Shown: piece after piece, positions 24,751 to 37,649 of the stretch
How positions within the stretch are numbered: position 1 is the stretch's first letter
How the letters are laid out: each line of letters starts with the position of its first letter
Source: Octopus sinensis
Lineage: Eukaryota
Direction of reading: 5' to 3'
Assembly: GCF_006345805.1 (NCBI RefSeq)
Contig: NC_043006.1
Location: 50,468,001 to 50,532,000, forward strand
Length of the DNA: 64,000 nucleotides
The notes under the pieces: generated by a model
The model's database searches: none
What the model saw: only the letters and a program-made list of their open reading frames with translations
Told to the model about the DNA's origin: nothing
Made by a program: the position numbers and the translations under genes

Positions 24751-25284
24751 AGAAGAAAGATGTTATATAATTATAATTCCTTTACTTTCCGTGTTCAAAT
24801 CCCGCTCTTGTTAACTTTATATTGCGTCCTTCTAGAGTTAAAAAAAGAGTATTAGATACTGGAATTAATATAACCGATTAAATCACTCCCTTAAATGTAA
24901 AATGTCGCAGCTATTTAAGAAATCAAAATATGCGCATCAGAAAAGGACACCTGAGTAATCCATGCACTACTTTATATTCTCTCTCCCTGCCTTTTCTAGC
25001 TTGGCCTTTGCTTCTCCCTCCAGCTGTTCGCGTATCACGAGTAGTCAGAAACTCCTGACTCACTAGTCTTCCTACCTTCTGGTCATTCATATTATATCCA
25101 TCACAAAGACCAAAATTAAATTCACAAGTCCACGTTTTATCTGAAGTCGTTGAGTCTCAAACATTCATTAGAAACATTAATAATCCTTATTCTTTGCTAT
25201 TGGTAGATCCGAACTCACCATGGTCGCATTCACCTTCCTTTACAACAGCCTCATTAAAATATTTATATGAAACGTATCTTTGAA

Positions 25285-25642
25285 GCACTCCGTCGGTTAC
25301 GACGACGAGGGTTCCGGTTGATCCGATCAAAGGAACAGCCTGCTCGTGAAATTAACGTGTAAGTGGCTGAGCACTCCACAAACACGTGTACCCTTAACGT
25401 AGTTCTCAGGGATATTCAGCGTGACACAGAGAGTGACAAGGCCAGCCCCTTGAAATAACAGGTACAACAGAAACAGGAAGAAAGAGTGAGAGAAAGTTGT
25501 GGTGAAAGAGTACAGCAGGGATCACCACCATCCCCTGCCGGAGCCTCGTGGAGATTTTAGGTGTTTTCGCTCAATAAACACTCACAACGCCCGGTCTGGG
25601 AATCGAAACCGCGAGTACGCTGCCCTAACCACTGGGCCATTG
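25285..25642 (-). mobile_element. tRNA-derived SINE, family C variant
   Basis: Reverse complement collinear with 58566-58935. Confidence 0.85.
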
Positions 25643-26819
25643 TATAATGTATAAAAAGTATTAAATGATACCGCCTTATGTCAAAATTAAATTATCATTA
25701 GCCAGCTACAGGGATATTTTTATATGTAGAAATTTAAACTACTTAGTCGATTATTTCCGTACAAAATGATTAATATTTAGATAATCTATTACATTAACCT
25801 ATTCTTTCAATCTAGAAAACGAAATACTTTTATGGTTTAAATATTACATACCGACAGCTTTTTCGTTTTGCATATGATATTTCAATATAATTTTGTATAT
25901 CAAATTTCAATATAATTTTCCATATATTTCAATATGATTTTGTGTATCATATTTCAATATGATAACATTATTAACTATATATCATCATAAGTCATTAATC
26001 AATAAATCAACAATAAATGCATCAATTCTCTGTAATAAACTATATCTACAAATTATAATGATGTGTCATTAATCATAATCAATCTTTAATTAACATCAAT
26101 TACCATTAACGTAAGCATCGTTATTAGTCATTCCCATTAATTACTATACATTATAACCAATCATTAATCATCAACTTTAATTCACCTTTAGTTATTAATC
26201 ACTGCTAATTCCGTCACTCATCACGATCAATCACAATGAAACCTTATCGTCAAAACATTAATCATCAATCTTTATTCGAATGTCATTACTCATCACTAAT
26301 CAATGATCACCGTTAATCAACGTCAATATAATCATCTTCAATTATAATCACCATCATTATCGTCATTTTCATCATCGTTCATCAGCATTGTGTGTGCGCG
26401 TGCGCGCATTTAAAAAGAGAAAAATTGGTCGATTCACTTAAATGGAGATATTGGTTTGTGGTACACGTTCTAGCTGTCTGCGTTAGAGGTTCAATTACAA
26501 CCAAGGTCAAATTTATCATTCATTCTTTCGCGATCGGTAAATAAAATAAAGGCCATGTACTTGTGCCCTCCCTCTTTCTCTCTCTTTCTCCCTTCTCTCT
26601 CTCTCTCTCTACCCTCTCTTTCTCTTTCTCGGTCTGTCTGGATAAATCGGCTATGATAAGATTAAGGAGGGATGGGCTCCACTATGTCGAAAAATGCCCG
26701 TGGCAGATTGCATAATGGCGGTGCCCCAGCATGGCCACAGCTCATAAGCTGAAACTAGAATCAATCAATCAATCATACCCAAACAGTGGCGCTACCACTC
26801 CAGCTGGAATTCAGAGCTT

Positions 26820-26851
<32 letters not shown>

Positions 26852-28402
26852 TCACACACACACACACGCATACAGTAATGGTTGTTACCACCTCAACATG
26901 GTTGTTCTGCATAGAACAGTGTTACTAGTCTTTTTAACCTCGGGAGGACACCTCCTCCAGCTGGCTAAAGACACAATATCTGTATCTGATATATTGCAAG
27001 CAAGGGAGCGAACAACTCCCATCTAGCTACGACAGGACTGGTAGACCAGCTGGTTTCAGGGTCTCACTCTTCCTCAGTACTCGCACACCTGTCTGCTAGA
27101 AATGGTAGTCGTTCGTCCCAGTTCGCAATATATAAAAAAAAACAAGTGACTCACAGCAGCTGTCTTGCAACAAGCAAAGTTGCTAGTTCTAAAATATTTA
27201 TAATAGATATAAGTAGTAACTCTACTGAAAAATAATGGTTTTTACCACCTGAATATGGGGATGGTGGTGTTTATAACTATAAAAATTAACAAAGAACATT
27301 TACTGTGAAATATATGCAAAAATTATATTGAAATTTGATATACAAAATTATATTGAAATATCGTACAAAATGAAAAAGACTACGGTGTCTAATATTTAAA
27401 CCATAAAAGTATTTCGTTTTCTAGATTGAAAGAATAGGTTAATGTAATAGTAAAAACAAAATATTTATACTTTGTATTCTAGTTTTGATGTCTTTATTGT
27501 TATTTTTCAATAACAAGTTGCACTAGTTTGGACTGAAAAGTAATCGAGCTTTTGGCATACGAAACAGATAAACCTTGTTCAGCTCTATGTACAAAGCCTT
27601 TTCTATGGCGATGTAGCTTTACCACTGAATTGATGTCGTTCTTATAAGACTATTTACGCAGAATAAGAGAGTGTCAGCTACGATGACTACCCATAGTTGG
27701 GCATGACCATGATAACGTCCCTAAAAGAAGACGATTTCAATCACAGACTTTCAGAAGTCAACCAACCAATGACTGCATTTGAGATGCTGAATGTGAACAC
27801 GCACAACAGTCTCAGAATATTGGTGGTAATCGTTTGCGGATTACTCTAGCGATTTCGACTATACAGGCGTGTCATTTGTATAGAGCCATATATTAACGTG
27901 AAGATCTGGAAAGCTCCTCTTGAATTTTCACGGTTTCATATAGATAGGAATCTTTGCTAGTGGAGTCTTGTTAAGTGGACGGAGAAAGCGAAGTTCAACT
28001 GGCTTTGAACTGGTAGTAAAATACAAGTGATACGTTGTCCTCGCGAGAAACAAAATTTCAGCCAACTCTGGATCAACGAATAGAAAAGTAAGGTCAATGT
28101 GATGCCTAAGTGGGTTTCTCGGCTTGAATTTCTGTCCTTATTTATCAGATCACCGCTACTATGATTAAAGAAGTACATCTTGTGATATGTTTTTCAGCCC
28201 TTTTTCGCTCATAATTTCTCGTTCAAATGGATCATAAATTTTGACAAAAATCCCATCACACTACTCGTTCGGTTGAGAAATTTATTTACATAAAAAATTT
28301 ACGCTTAAATCCTTACCTGCTCAGCTCTCCAGTCGGTAACCCGTGAAAAAAGATTTGTAATATACAAAGTCAATAACCGTCAAGTTTAAATCACAAATCT
28401 TA

Positions 28403-28790
28403 GGCGTGGCTGTGTGGTAAGACGGTTGCTTCCAAACCACACACTTCAGGGTTCAATCCTTGGGCAAATGTATTCTGTGCTACAGACTCGGGCCGAACAA
28501 AACCATGTGAGTGGAAGACGGAAAATGGAAGATGTCCGTCGTATATATGTGTGTGTGTGTGTATGTGCACGCGTATGTGTGTGTGTTTGTCTATGATTAT
28601 TTCTCCACCACTGCTTTTCAACTGCTGTTAATATGTTTGCCACGCAATAACTTAACGGTTCTGCAAAACAAATCGATAAAGTAAGTACCAGACTGGGATC
28701 GATTCATTCGACCAAAAATTATTCAAGGCGGTGCCCCAGCATAGCTGCAGTCTAATAACTGAAACAGATAAATGATAAAAGATAAAAGCG
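28403..28790 (+). mobile_element. SINE family B, diverged
   Basis: gcgtggctgtgtggtaaga..cttgggcaaatg..aggcggtgccccagcat..actgaaaca. Confidence 0.8.
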
Positions 28791-29100
28791 TGTGATCATA
28801 CATTCCAGAGAGTAAATACCTAGAAGTCTCGTTTACCAACGTTTTGTTTAGTCCATAGATGCGGCGAAGTCATTGCAAGACAGGAATATTTCATTGGATA
28901 TCACATGAATACATATTTTACTTTATGAGGAATTCGTGCTTGGGTTAATAATATTTTTCACTTCTGGTTCTTATTGTTAAGCATCTTGAATTCTAAACAC
29001 CAATCAAATCACATTGACATAAGAGAAAATATTCCGACATATAACGATTAGTTTCGTGTTTGCCTTGGGCGTGTTTGCGTATAGAGTGTTAATGGAATAT

Positions 29101-29913
29101 TCTTTTCTACTCTAAGAACAAGGTCCGAAATTGTTGAGGGGGGGCGCAGTCGATTAGATTAACTCCAGTACGCAAGTAGTACTTAATTTATCGACCTCGA
29201 AAGGATGAATGGCAAAGTCGACCTCGGCGAAATTTGAACTCAGAACGTAAAGACAGATGAAATACTATTAAGCATTTCGCTCGGCGTGCTAACGTTTCTG
29301 CCAGCTCGCCGCCTAATGGAATATATTCTTTTGTAATCTAGACACAAGGCCCAAAATTTTGGGTGAGGAGGTCAGTCGATTAGATCGACCCCAGTGCACA
29401 ACTGGTACTTAATTTATCGACCCCGAAAGGATGAAAGGCATCGTCGATTCGGCGGAATTTGAACTCAAAACGAAAAACCGCTAAACATTTCGCCCGGCGT
29501 GCTAGCGTTTTTTATTTCTTTATTGTCCACAAGAGGCTAAACATAGAGGGGACAAACAAGGACAGATAAACGGATTAAGTTGATTACATCGACCTCAGTG
29601 CGCAACTGGTACTTAATTTATCGACCCGGAAAGGATGAAAGGCAAAGTCGACCTCGGCGGAATTTGAACTCAGAACGTAAATACAGACGAAATACCTATT
29701 TCTTTATTACCCACAAGGGGCTAAACATAGAGGGGACAAACAAGGACAGACAAACGGATTAAGTCGATTACATCGACTCCAGTGCGCAACTGGTACTTAA
29801 TTTATCGACCCCGAAAGGATGAAAGGCCAAGTCGACCTCGGCGGAATTTGAACTCAGAACGTAACCGCTAAGCATTTTGCCCGGCGTTCTAACGTTTCTG
29901 CCAGCTCGCCGCC
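29101..29913 (-). mobile_element. Two tandem SINE family A copies, the second with internal duplicated modules
   Basis: Heads end at 29313 and 29913; taatggaatat at 29090, 29314 and 29914. Confidence 0.9.
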
Positions 29914-30067
29914 TAATGGAATATTATATATATATGTTTATTTTACCCATTCTGTTCATAAATTATAGAACTATAAAAGTCACAAACATCTGCTCAATAT
30001 TTGAATTTATAGAGGTTAATGTGTCAGGTTTAGAAAGTCATGTGGTATATAAAATAGATATATTAAT

Positions 30068-30117
<50 letters not shown>

Positions 30118-30126
<9 letters not shown>

Positions 30127-30670
30127 CATGTGTATACAATGTAAGGGACTCTGCAAAGTTTGCACATGATGTATGTTTATATGAGGGAGAAAAGAATGAA
30201 GAAGGAAAGAGTGAAAGAAATTAAGAAACAAAGGCACGGGAAAACGTGGACGAGAAATAAAAAGAATGAGAACGAAAAATTGTAAGAATATGCGATGTAG
30301 AGAAAAGGTAAAATAACAAATGATCAGTGAGAAGGAAGACATCACAATAAATCAAGAAATTTGATGTTACGCGAATGTAAATGACATTTTCAAGAGCGAT
30401 GGATATGTGGGTTCCTAATCATTTGTGTATATTAGTGTGTGTGTATGTACAGAAGTTTTTAGTATATCTAGAACTCCATAAGTTAATGAGTTCATACTCA
30501 TTAACTTACAGAAGAGAGGATGTAATTAGAGGTAGATTTGTCAGCTTATTTTAGTAGGTCGTGAAACCACGTACTGATTATGTGTATATGTATGCCTATA
30601 CGTATGAGTGAATATATTTCTTTATGTATGTGTGCATGTATATGTACATTTATGTATGTATGTATTTATG

Positions 30671-30718
<48 letters not shown>

Positions 30719-31262
30719 CATGTGTATACAATGTAAGGGACTCTGCAAAGTTTGCACATGATGTATGTTTATATGAGGGAGAAAAGAATGAAGAAGGAAA
30801 GAGTGAAAGAAATTAAGAAACAAAGGCACGGGAAAACGTGGACGAGAAATAAAAAGAATGAGAACGAAAAATTGTAAGAATATGCGATGTAGAGAAAAGG
30901 TAAAATAACAAATGATCAGTGAGAAGGAAGACATCACAATAAATCAAGAAATTTGATGTTACGCGAATGTAAATGACATTTTCAAGAGCGATGGATATGT
31001 GGGTTCCTAATCATTTGTGTATATTAGTGTGTGTGTATGTACAGAAGTTTTTAGTATATCTAGAACTCCATAAGTTAATGAGTTCATACTCATTAACTTA
31101 CAGAAGAGAGGATGTAATTAGAGGTAGATTTGTCAGCTTATTTTAGTAGGTCGTGAAACCACGTACTGATTATGTGTATATGTATGCCTATACGTATGAG
31201 TGAATATATTTCTTTATGTATGTGTGCATGTATATGTACATTTATGTATGTATGTATTTATG

Positions 31263-31275
<13 letters not shown>
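30118..31275. repeat. Essentially identical tandem duplication, period 592 bp, bounded by (TA)n
   Basis: tgtgtatacaatgtaagggactc at 30129 and 30721; ORF track shows the same peptides offset by 592. Confidence 0.95.
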
Positions 31276-31309
<34 letters not shown>

Positions 31310-31373
31310 ATATATGTATATATACAGCTTCCATGGGTATGAGTAAGTATCTCATTTATTTCCTTACCACATT

Positions 31374-31426
31374 TATCACTGACGAAGGGAGGGTTCTTAC
31401 GAACTAACCCTGAAATCGGTCCGATA
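31374..31426 (+). ncRNA. Hammerhead ribozyme motif in a TA-flanked module
   Basis: TATCA-CTGACGA-AGGG(agggttcttacgaactaa)CCCT-GAAA-TCGG-TC-CGATA; one stem I mismatch next to the core. Confidence 0.65.
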
Positions 31427-31669
31427 TGGTAATAATGGAATATTTTAGAGATTTCTGTCGACCTTTTTTTGAGTAGCGTGCGAACTGTGGAAAATTACAT
31501 GGTTATGGACAGGGTGTCTAATTTCGGCATATTTGGCATTAGAAATTTTTTCGTTTGCCCTTCTTTATAAGTTGTTTATAAATTTAACCTTTAAAGGTAT
31601 TTTTTTATATGCTGCCCATTGATAAAATTTTTTTCGAAAAAATTTTATACTACATTAAATATATGTATA

Positions 31670-31736
<67 letters not shown>

Positions 31737-31832
31737 GTAGATATATATGTATATATATGAACACTACTATAGAAATATTCCTTTAAAAAAACTTTTCTTC
31801 TAATTTTTCTAAATTTAATTATTTAATCGTTA

Positions 31833-31870
31833 CAGTTGAAAAGGTCTCAAAATGACCGAAACCGGTACTG
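31833..31870 (+). ncRNA. Minimal hammerhead at the PLE 5' end, U3-A8 compensated core
   Basis: CAG-TTGAAAA-GGTC(TCAAAAT)GACC-GAAA-CCGG-TA-CTG; palindromic stem III ACCGGT. Confidence 0.75.
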
Positions 31871-31990
31871 AAATGTTCACTATAAAATTATTTTAGCATT
31901 TTCTATTTTTGACTTGTTTTTTCATATATATCAACTCGTGTGTTCCTTTTCACCCTTATACATATCATTAACCCACACGAGATACAGAAA

Positions 31991-33225
31991 ATGCCGACAA
32001 AAACAGACACAATCACCTCCATAAATGAAGAAATACTGAAAGAACTCAAGAAAATCAACACAAATTTGTCAACATTTTTGAACAAATTCGACTCGACACA
32101 TCAACCCAATCGAGAGAACAATGAGGAAACAGATACGAAAAATACAACCTCCGAAATTGTCGAAAACCTTGGAAACTTATGCGAAACAATTAGAACATTT
32201 TTCTCTAACAACGCTAACCAAGGACCTCCAAACGCGTCAATATATGGGATCAATACTCTAACAACATACCAAATGAAACACCACATAATACCACAATGGA
32301 ACAAATCACTCAGAGATAGAAAGTTCGCCTTTTGGAAGATGATCCAAAGCAACAACAAAGCGGATATATACGAAAAATGGCTCAACCGGACCCCGTTAAT
32401 CCTCCCACGTAAATTCCAGTTCAAAGCCATTACAGAAGAACCTGAAACACAAAGACACCTCAGGGAGAAAATGGCACTGGAAAAAATGAAAATGGAAATA
32501 GAACTTCTGAAATTGAGGGCCCAAACGAATGAGGATAAAATAAAATCCACCGATGAAGATATCAACGAAGAAATTCGCAAAATGACCCAAGGCCCAGATC
32601 AAGAGAAGTTCTCCAAACTATGGAAAGAGGACTGTGAAAAAGAAGAACTAAAATCTCTCTAACGCTGGGAGAAAAGCGCCACTTGGTTCTCAGACTATGA
32701 AGCCGTCTTTCAAACAGAGCACGCCTCCAACAACCCTTTCCAGAAAATAAGAAAACCAAAACAACACCCAAACACCGATACACACCTGTCTAAAAATCGG
32801 AACCTTCACTACTATCAAAAAAAGAATACAGGACCTAACCCTAACTCTGTAAGCAGCCAGCGATACAATATCAGGAATACCCCCACTTCAAGCAGAGAAA
32901 GGATAAATCAACACCCACAGTATAGACACTGCAACCTTATCCCCACCCAAAGGAGTTACCAACGAAATCTTCGTCCCATCAACGGTTAAACAACCATGCA
33001 CAACAAACCCACACCACTTGCAATGATTACCAACGAAGGCCTCCTAGAACACCACACCCGAATATGGGATATCGGGATGCTCTCCTCAATACTGCTCCAA
33101 GAACACACACCATAAATCACAACAGGAGACCCCACATCAACAAAGAACAACTATATACTAGCTACCGTCCCAACCACCGCATTCATTTTTTAGACCCAAT
33201 ACGCAAACACAGAGACACAAGATAG
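31991..33225 (+). pseudogene. PLE upstream ORF (coiled-coil-like, then N/H/R-rich), disrupted by an internal TAA at 32660 and a frameshift near 32970
   Basis: MPTKTDT..WNKSLRDRKFAFWK..LPRKF..ALEKMKMEIELLKLRA..LWKEDCEKEE; reading continues RWEKSATW past the stop and ends ..YRDALLN..IHFLDPIRKHRDTR*. Confidence 0.65.
33186..33192 (+). promoter_or_regulatory. Candidate -1 ribosomal frameshift slippery site T-TTT-TTA
   Basis: In phase with the ORF1 tail (CAT TTT TTA); the -1 frame reads FFRPNTQ..KIINLTHKELTANQINILSKGL. Confidence 0.5.
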
Positions 33226-33571
33226 CACCAAACAAGCAGGAGGAACCAAAAGTAATAAAAATTATCAATCTAACTCACAAGGAACTAACAGCAAACCAAA
33301 TAAACATACTTTCCAAAGGACTCAACACCCCAACTACAATGAAATGAAAGAAGACATCGCAGAATTCTGCAGAAAATTAAGACTTACTGAGGAGCTATAC
33401 GATAAATACAACGAGGACGAATCGTTAGCCAGAAATAGGAGTAACTACACCCCCTCGAAAGGTAAGAACAAAACACTTGATGATTTCTGTGACCACATAT
33501 CAAATTACCCATATCAACATATGCACAAACAAAAACACAAACCAAACTTCAGCAAAAAAAGAATGGGCTGA
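33186..33571 (+). pseudogene. N-terminal part of the PLE polyprotein (two frameshifts)
   Basis: IINL....LT..QI.ILSKGL motif, then MKEDIAEFCRKLRL..SNYTP..KPNFSKK, joining EWAEL..IKEADKG. Confidence 0.75.
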
Positions 33572-35492
33572 GTTGAACAAATTTAAACTAGATAAAACAA
33601 TAACAATCAAAGAGGCCGATAAAGGGAGTGCTGTTGTCTTAATGGATACGACATTTTACATAACTTTGGTACTTTCTATGCTGGAAGACACAACATACTA
33701 TGAAAAGGCACAAAACTACAGTCAACAAAAAATAATGAGGGAACTAAAATCCATATTAAACCCATACAAAGCAGGGCTCACCGACAAAGAATATGATTAT
33801 ATGACCAATTTCACAAGCAAAACCAGCCAATTCTACGGTATACCTAAGATCCACAAAAGTGAGAAAATAAGCAACGCATGCAAGATAGCTACAGACAAAA
33901 TAATTAAAGTCCCTAATGACCTCAAATTGAGACCCATAATAGCAGGTCCCGCATGCGAAACCCACCGCCTCAGTAACTTTTTAGACACCCTGTTAAAACC
34001 ACTCCTAAAACATGTCAAAAGCTATATAAGGGACGACTTAGATATGCTCAATCACCTACCGAATACTATAAACAAAAACACGATACTGGTATCCTTCGAT
34101 GTAGTCAACCTCTACTCCAATATCCCCCACAACCTAGGACTAGAGGCAATCCAATTCTGGCTAGAAAATCACGCCAACGAACTACCACATCGCATCAAAA
34201 AAGAATTCGTGATAGAAGGGGTTAAATTCATCCTGGAAAATAACTTCTTCGCCTTCAATGACAACTTCTACCGACAAAAATCGGGGACTGCGATGGGTAC
34301 ACGAATGGCGCCCTCCTTTGCCAACCTAGTCATAGGATATCTAGAGATCAGTCTGTATCGTAAGGTTCTAGAAAGATATGGCAGCCCTTTCTCCATCTAC
34401 ATAGAAAACAACTGGAAGAGATATCTAGATGACTGTTTCATCCTTTGGCATAAAAATATAGAAAAACTCATAGAATTCCAGGAAATTTTAAACGGACTGG
34501 ACGTAAACATCCAATTCACGATGGAATATAGCCAGCAACAACTCCCCTTCCTCGATATCCTCATTAAGAAAGCTAATAATATAATAGAAACAGACATATA
34601 TTATAAGCCTACAGACTCTAAGCAATATATTCCATTCAATTCATGCCACCCCAGACACACCAGGATGAATATCCCCTTGAACCTAGCAAAAAGGATATGC
34701 ACTATAGTCTCGAACGCAAACACCAGAGACACACGACTACAAGAACTAAAAGATACCCTTATCACCAGGAACTATCCACCTTCACTTATTGACAAGTGCA
34801 TTCAACGTGCCCTTCAACTTAACATAAAGGAACTGAGACATCCCAAATCAAAGAAAAACTTACAACCAAAAGCCTTACCATACATCTCCACACACAACCC
34901 TCTCAATAACGAAGCCTTCGGCACCATACTCCACAACATACCCCTCCTAAAAAAAGACCACAGAATGAACACAATCCTCCAAACACACACGATCATAAAA
35001 AGCAAGAGACAGCCTAAATCCATGAAAAGTCTCCTAACACAAGCCCGAATTCACTCTTCAACACAGAAGCCGACAGTAAAAAAATGTGGAAGACCCAATT
35101 GCGGGATATGCGACTATCTAATTGAGGGATCAGAGTTCTCCTTCAAACAGGGACAACGGTTTACAGTGAAAAGCAACTTCACATGTGCTTCGGAGAACCT
35201 AATATACTCACTAACCTGCTCCGGGTGTCAAGAGCAGTACATAGGCCAAACAAAAAATAGTTTGCGTAAACGAATGGCCCTGCACAGATCCCAGATAAAA
35301 ATTCCCCAAAACAGAAAAATAGCTTTTAGCCAACACATAGATACTTGCGCCAACAAAAAAACACCAAGCTTCAGGATTTTCCCCCTCTACCAATTTAGGG
35401 ACGATACAACCTCGAGACAACGAATAAGTAAAGAAACTCTCTTTATTGCAAAATACAGGCCACTTCTTAACGGGTCTACGACAAACAATTAA
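33477..35492 (+). CDS. Penelope-like reverse transcriptase + GIY-YIG endonuclease (open for 671 codons; true N-terminus upstream and frameshifted)
   Basis: [114 protein letters not shown]. Confidence 0.95.
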   Translation: MMISVTTYQITHINICTNKNTNQTSAKKEWAELNKFKLDKTITIKEADKGSAVVLMDTTFYITLVLSMLEDTTYYEKAQNYSQQKIMRELKSILNPYKAGLTDKEYDYMTNFTSKTSQFYGIPKIHKSEKISNACKIATDKIIKVPNDLKLRPIIAGPACETHRLSNFLDTLLKPLLKHVKSYIRDDLDMLNHLPNTINKNTILVSFDVVNLYSNIPHNLGLEAIQFWLENHANELPHRIKKEFVIEGVKFILENNFFAFNDNFYRQKSGTAMGTRMAPSFANLVIGYLEISLYRKVLERYGSPFSIYIENNWKRYLDDCFILWHKNIEKLIEFQEILNGLDVNIQFTMEYSQQQLPFLDILIKKANNIIETDIYYKPTDSKQYIPFNSCHPRHTRMNIPLNLAKRICTIVSNANTRDTRLQELKDTLITRNYPPSLIDKCIQRALQLNIKELRHPKSKKNLQPKALPYISTHNPLNNEAFGTILHNIPLLKKDHRMNTILQTHTIIKSKRQPKSMKSLLTQARIHSSTQKPTVKKCGRPNCGICDYLIEGSEFSFKQGQRFTVKSNFTCASENLIYSLTCSGCQEQYIGQTKNSLRKRMALHRSQIKIPQNRKIAFSQHIDTCANKKTPSFRIFPLYQFRDDTTSRQRISKETLFIAKYRPLLNGSTTNN

Positions 35493-35659
35493 TATACCTC
35501 AACTTTAGAATAAAAGAAATATTCACACACAAATATTACATTCCAAAGAATCCATTACTAATCACAGCTAAAATCACAGCTATAATCCACAACATGCCAA
35601 CTTCAAGTCATACAACACCTCACTACTTTAACCCATTCATATTCTCCCTTCTCTGTTTT

Positions 35660-35962
35660 TTTCTTCTTCTTCCTCTTTTTCTTCATCATCATCATTATCA
35701 TCATCATCGTCGTCATAACCATCACCATCATCGTCATCTTCTCCTTCTCCTTCTTCTTCTTCTTCTTCTTCTTCATCATCATCATCATCGACATCGTCAT
35801 CTTCTTCTTCTTCTTCTTCTTCTTCTCCTTCTTCTTCTTCTTCTTATATGTATATATATATATATATGTGTATATATATATATATGTATATCATCGTCAT
35901 CTTCTTCTTCTTCTTCTTCTTCTTCTTCTCCTCCTTCTTCTTCTTCTTCTTCTTCTTATATG

Positions 35963-35999
<37 letters not shown>

Positions 36000-36002
36000 G
36001 TG

Positions 36003-36033
<31 letters not shown>

Positions 36034-36180
36034 GTATGTATATATATATATGTATATATATGTATGTATATATATATGTAAATCTATGTATATATATGTA
36101 TGTATATATATATATGTAAATCTATGTATATATATGTATGAATATATATATATATATGTGTGTGTGTGTATGTATGTGTG
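35660..36180. repeat. (CTT)n/(CAT)n/(TA)n compound microsatellite
   Basis: Direct reading. Confidence 0.95.
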
Positions 36181-36182
36181 GA

Positions 36183-36400
36183 GGCGCGTGGCTTAGTGTT
36201 TAGGGTGTCAGCATCATAATCGTAAGATTGTGATTTCGATTCCTGGACCTGGCGACGCGTTGTGTTCTTGAGCAAAACACTTCATTTCACGTTGCTCCAG
36301 TCCACTCAGCTGGCAAGAATGAGTAACGCTGCGAACATATACGCCATTGAAACCGGGAAACCGGGCCCATGAGCCCGGCTAAGTTTTAAAAGGGCGCATT
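36183..36400 (+). mobile_element. SINE family C
   Basis: Head as in 19288, tail as in 24700-24750. Confidence 0.85.
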
Positions 36401-37649
36401 TATTTTATTTATGTATGTATGTATCTGTATATGTTCATGTATTTATATGTGTATGTATGTGTGTAAAAAATACATATATAAACATGTGTATATATGTATA
36501 TGTACATATGCTTGTGTATTTGTATGTACGTGTGTATATGTATATATATGTATATGAATATGTACATATATTTGTGCATTTACTTTGTGGATATGTTTAT
36601 TACATAATGGATAAATAAGATAATGAATGTATCAATAAATATACCTAAATATTTGATAGGGTAACATTACTTAACGAAATTTCATTGGCCAAATTATCTA
36701 TTTAATTATTTATTTATTATGATGATGATGATGTATAAGTCCCTTATTCTAACTGAATTTTATCCTTTGAGGAAAATACGTTTTTTATTTTATATATTTA
36801 TACTGAATCCTTCGTAAGATTTTTGCATTGAGACTTATGGTCTGTTACTTTAAATTCTAAACTAAGGTGGGCATTTGGAAAAAAATTTTAGTGGATTAAC
36901 TTATAATATTTCGTATGAGTTCCATTGAGAATATTTGTATTTACTGTAAAATATATCATTATATTCGTAGTTAAATATTAATTATAGATTATAAATAAGC
37001 TATCTTCATTATACTAAATGATTATACTTTATAAATGCATTCATTTCATTTATTAATTATTGATAATAATAATGATAATAATAACAATAATAAATGAATA
37101 ATCTTATATAATACCATATTGTGATCAAAAACATTTATTTCTAAGTACGTATTTTTTAAATAGCTAATTTATTTATAAACGTATAAACTTTGACTTACAA
37201 AAATATTTTTGTTTCACCTCTGATAAGCTAAGTAACTTAGTATTCATTCTAGAAAATTTCTGTGTAAGTATGAACAAGTAGATTACAACAATTATTATAT
37301 TCAATTATATATTTTTTGAATAATTGTAAATATGTGTATTAATTGTGATACAAACTAAGCTTAATAATTTTAGTAATTTTTTACATTGTGTACTTTATTG
37401 CTTGTATTCTTATTGCAACACTCTAATTTCATTACTTCTGAAAGACTTAGTAAAAGTTTGAAATATATTATTTATTTTCTATGATTTCGGATCATGATTT
37501 CGGATTACCTTTTGATGAACAGATTTTAAAAATAATTTTTTGTAACTAAACACTTCCGAACTTTGGACACTGGTAGAATGTGTCATATAAATCATCTTTT
37601 ACTCTTAGCATTTTTGAGAAATGCTTATATTTAGGAAGATATTTCACGT

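Larger units (their letters stand above)
31760..35660 (+). mobile_element. Near full-length Penelope-like retroelement (Neptune-like Zn-finger linker)
   Basis: 5' hammerhead, upstream ORF, RT-GIY-YIG ORF, A/C-rich sense strand, flanked by microsatellites. Confidence 0.9.

Noticed and set aside
32101-35420. Minus-strand ORFs overlapping the PLE
   Set aside because: Antisense shadows of the PLE coding strand.
36600-37560. Very AT-rich tract (also 18000-18900) as decayed viral or organellar DNA
   Set aside because: No open frames or motifs could be recognised.
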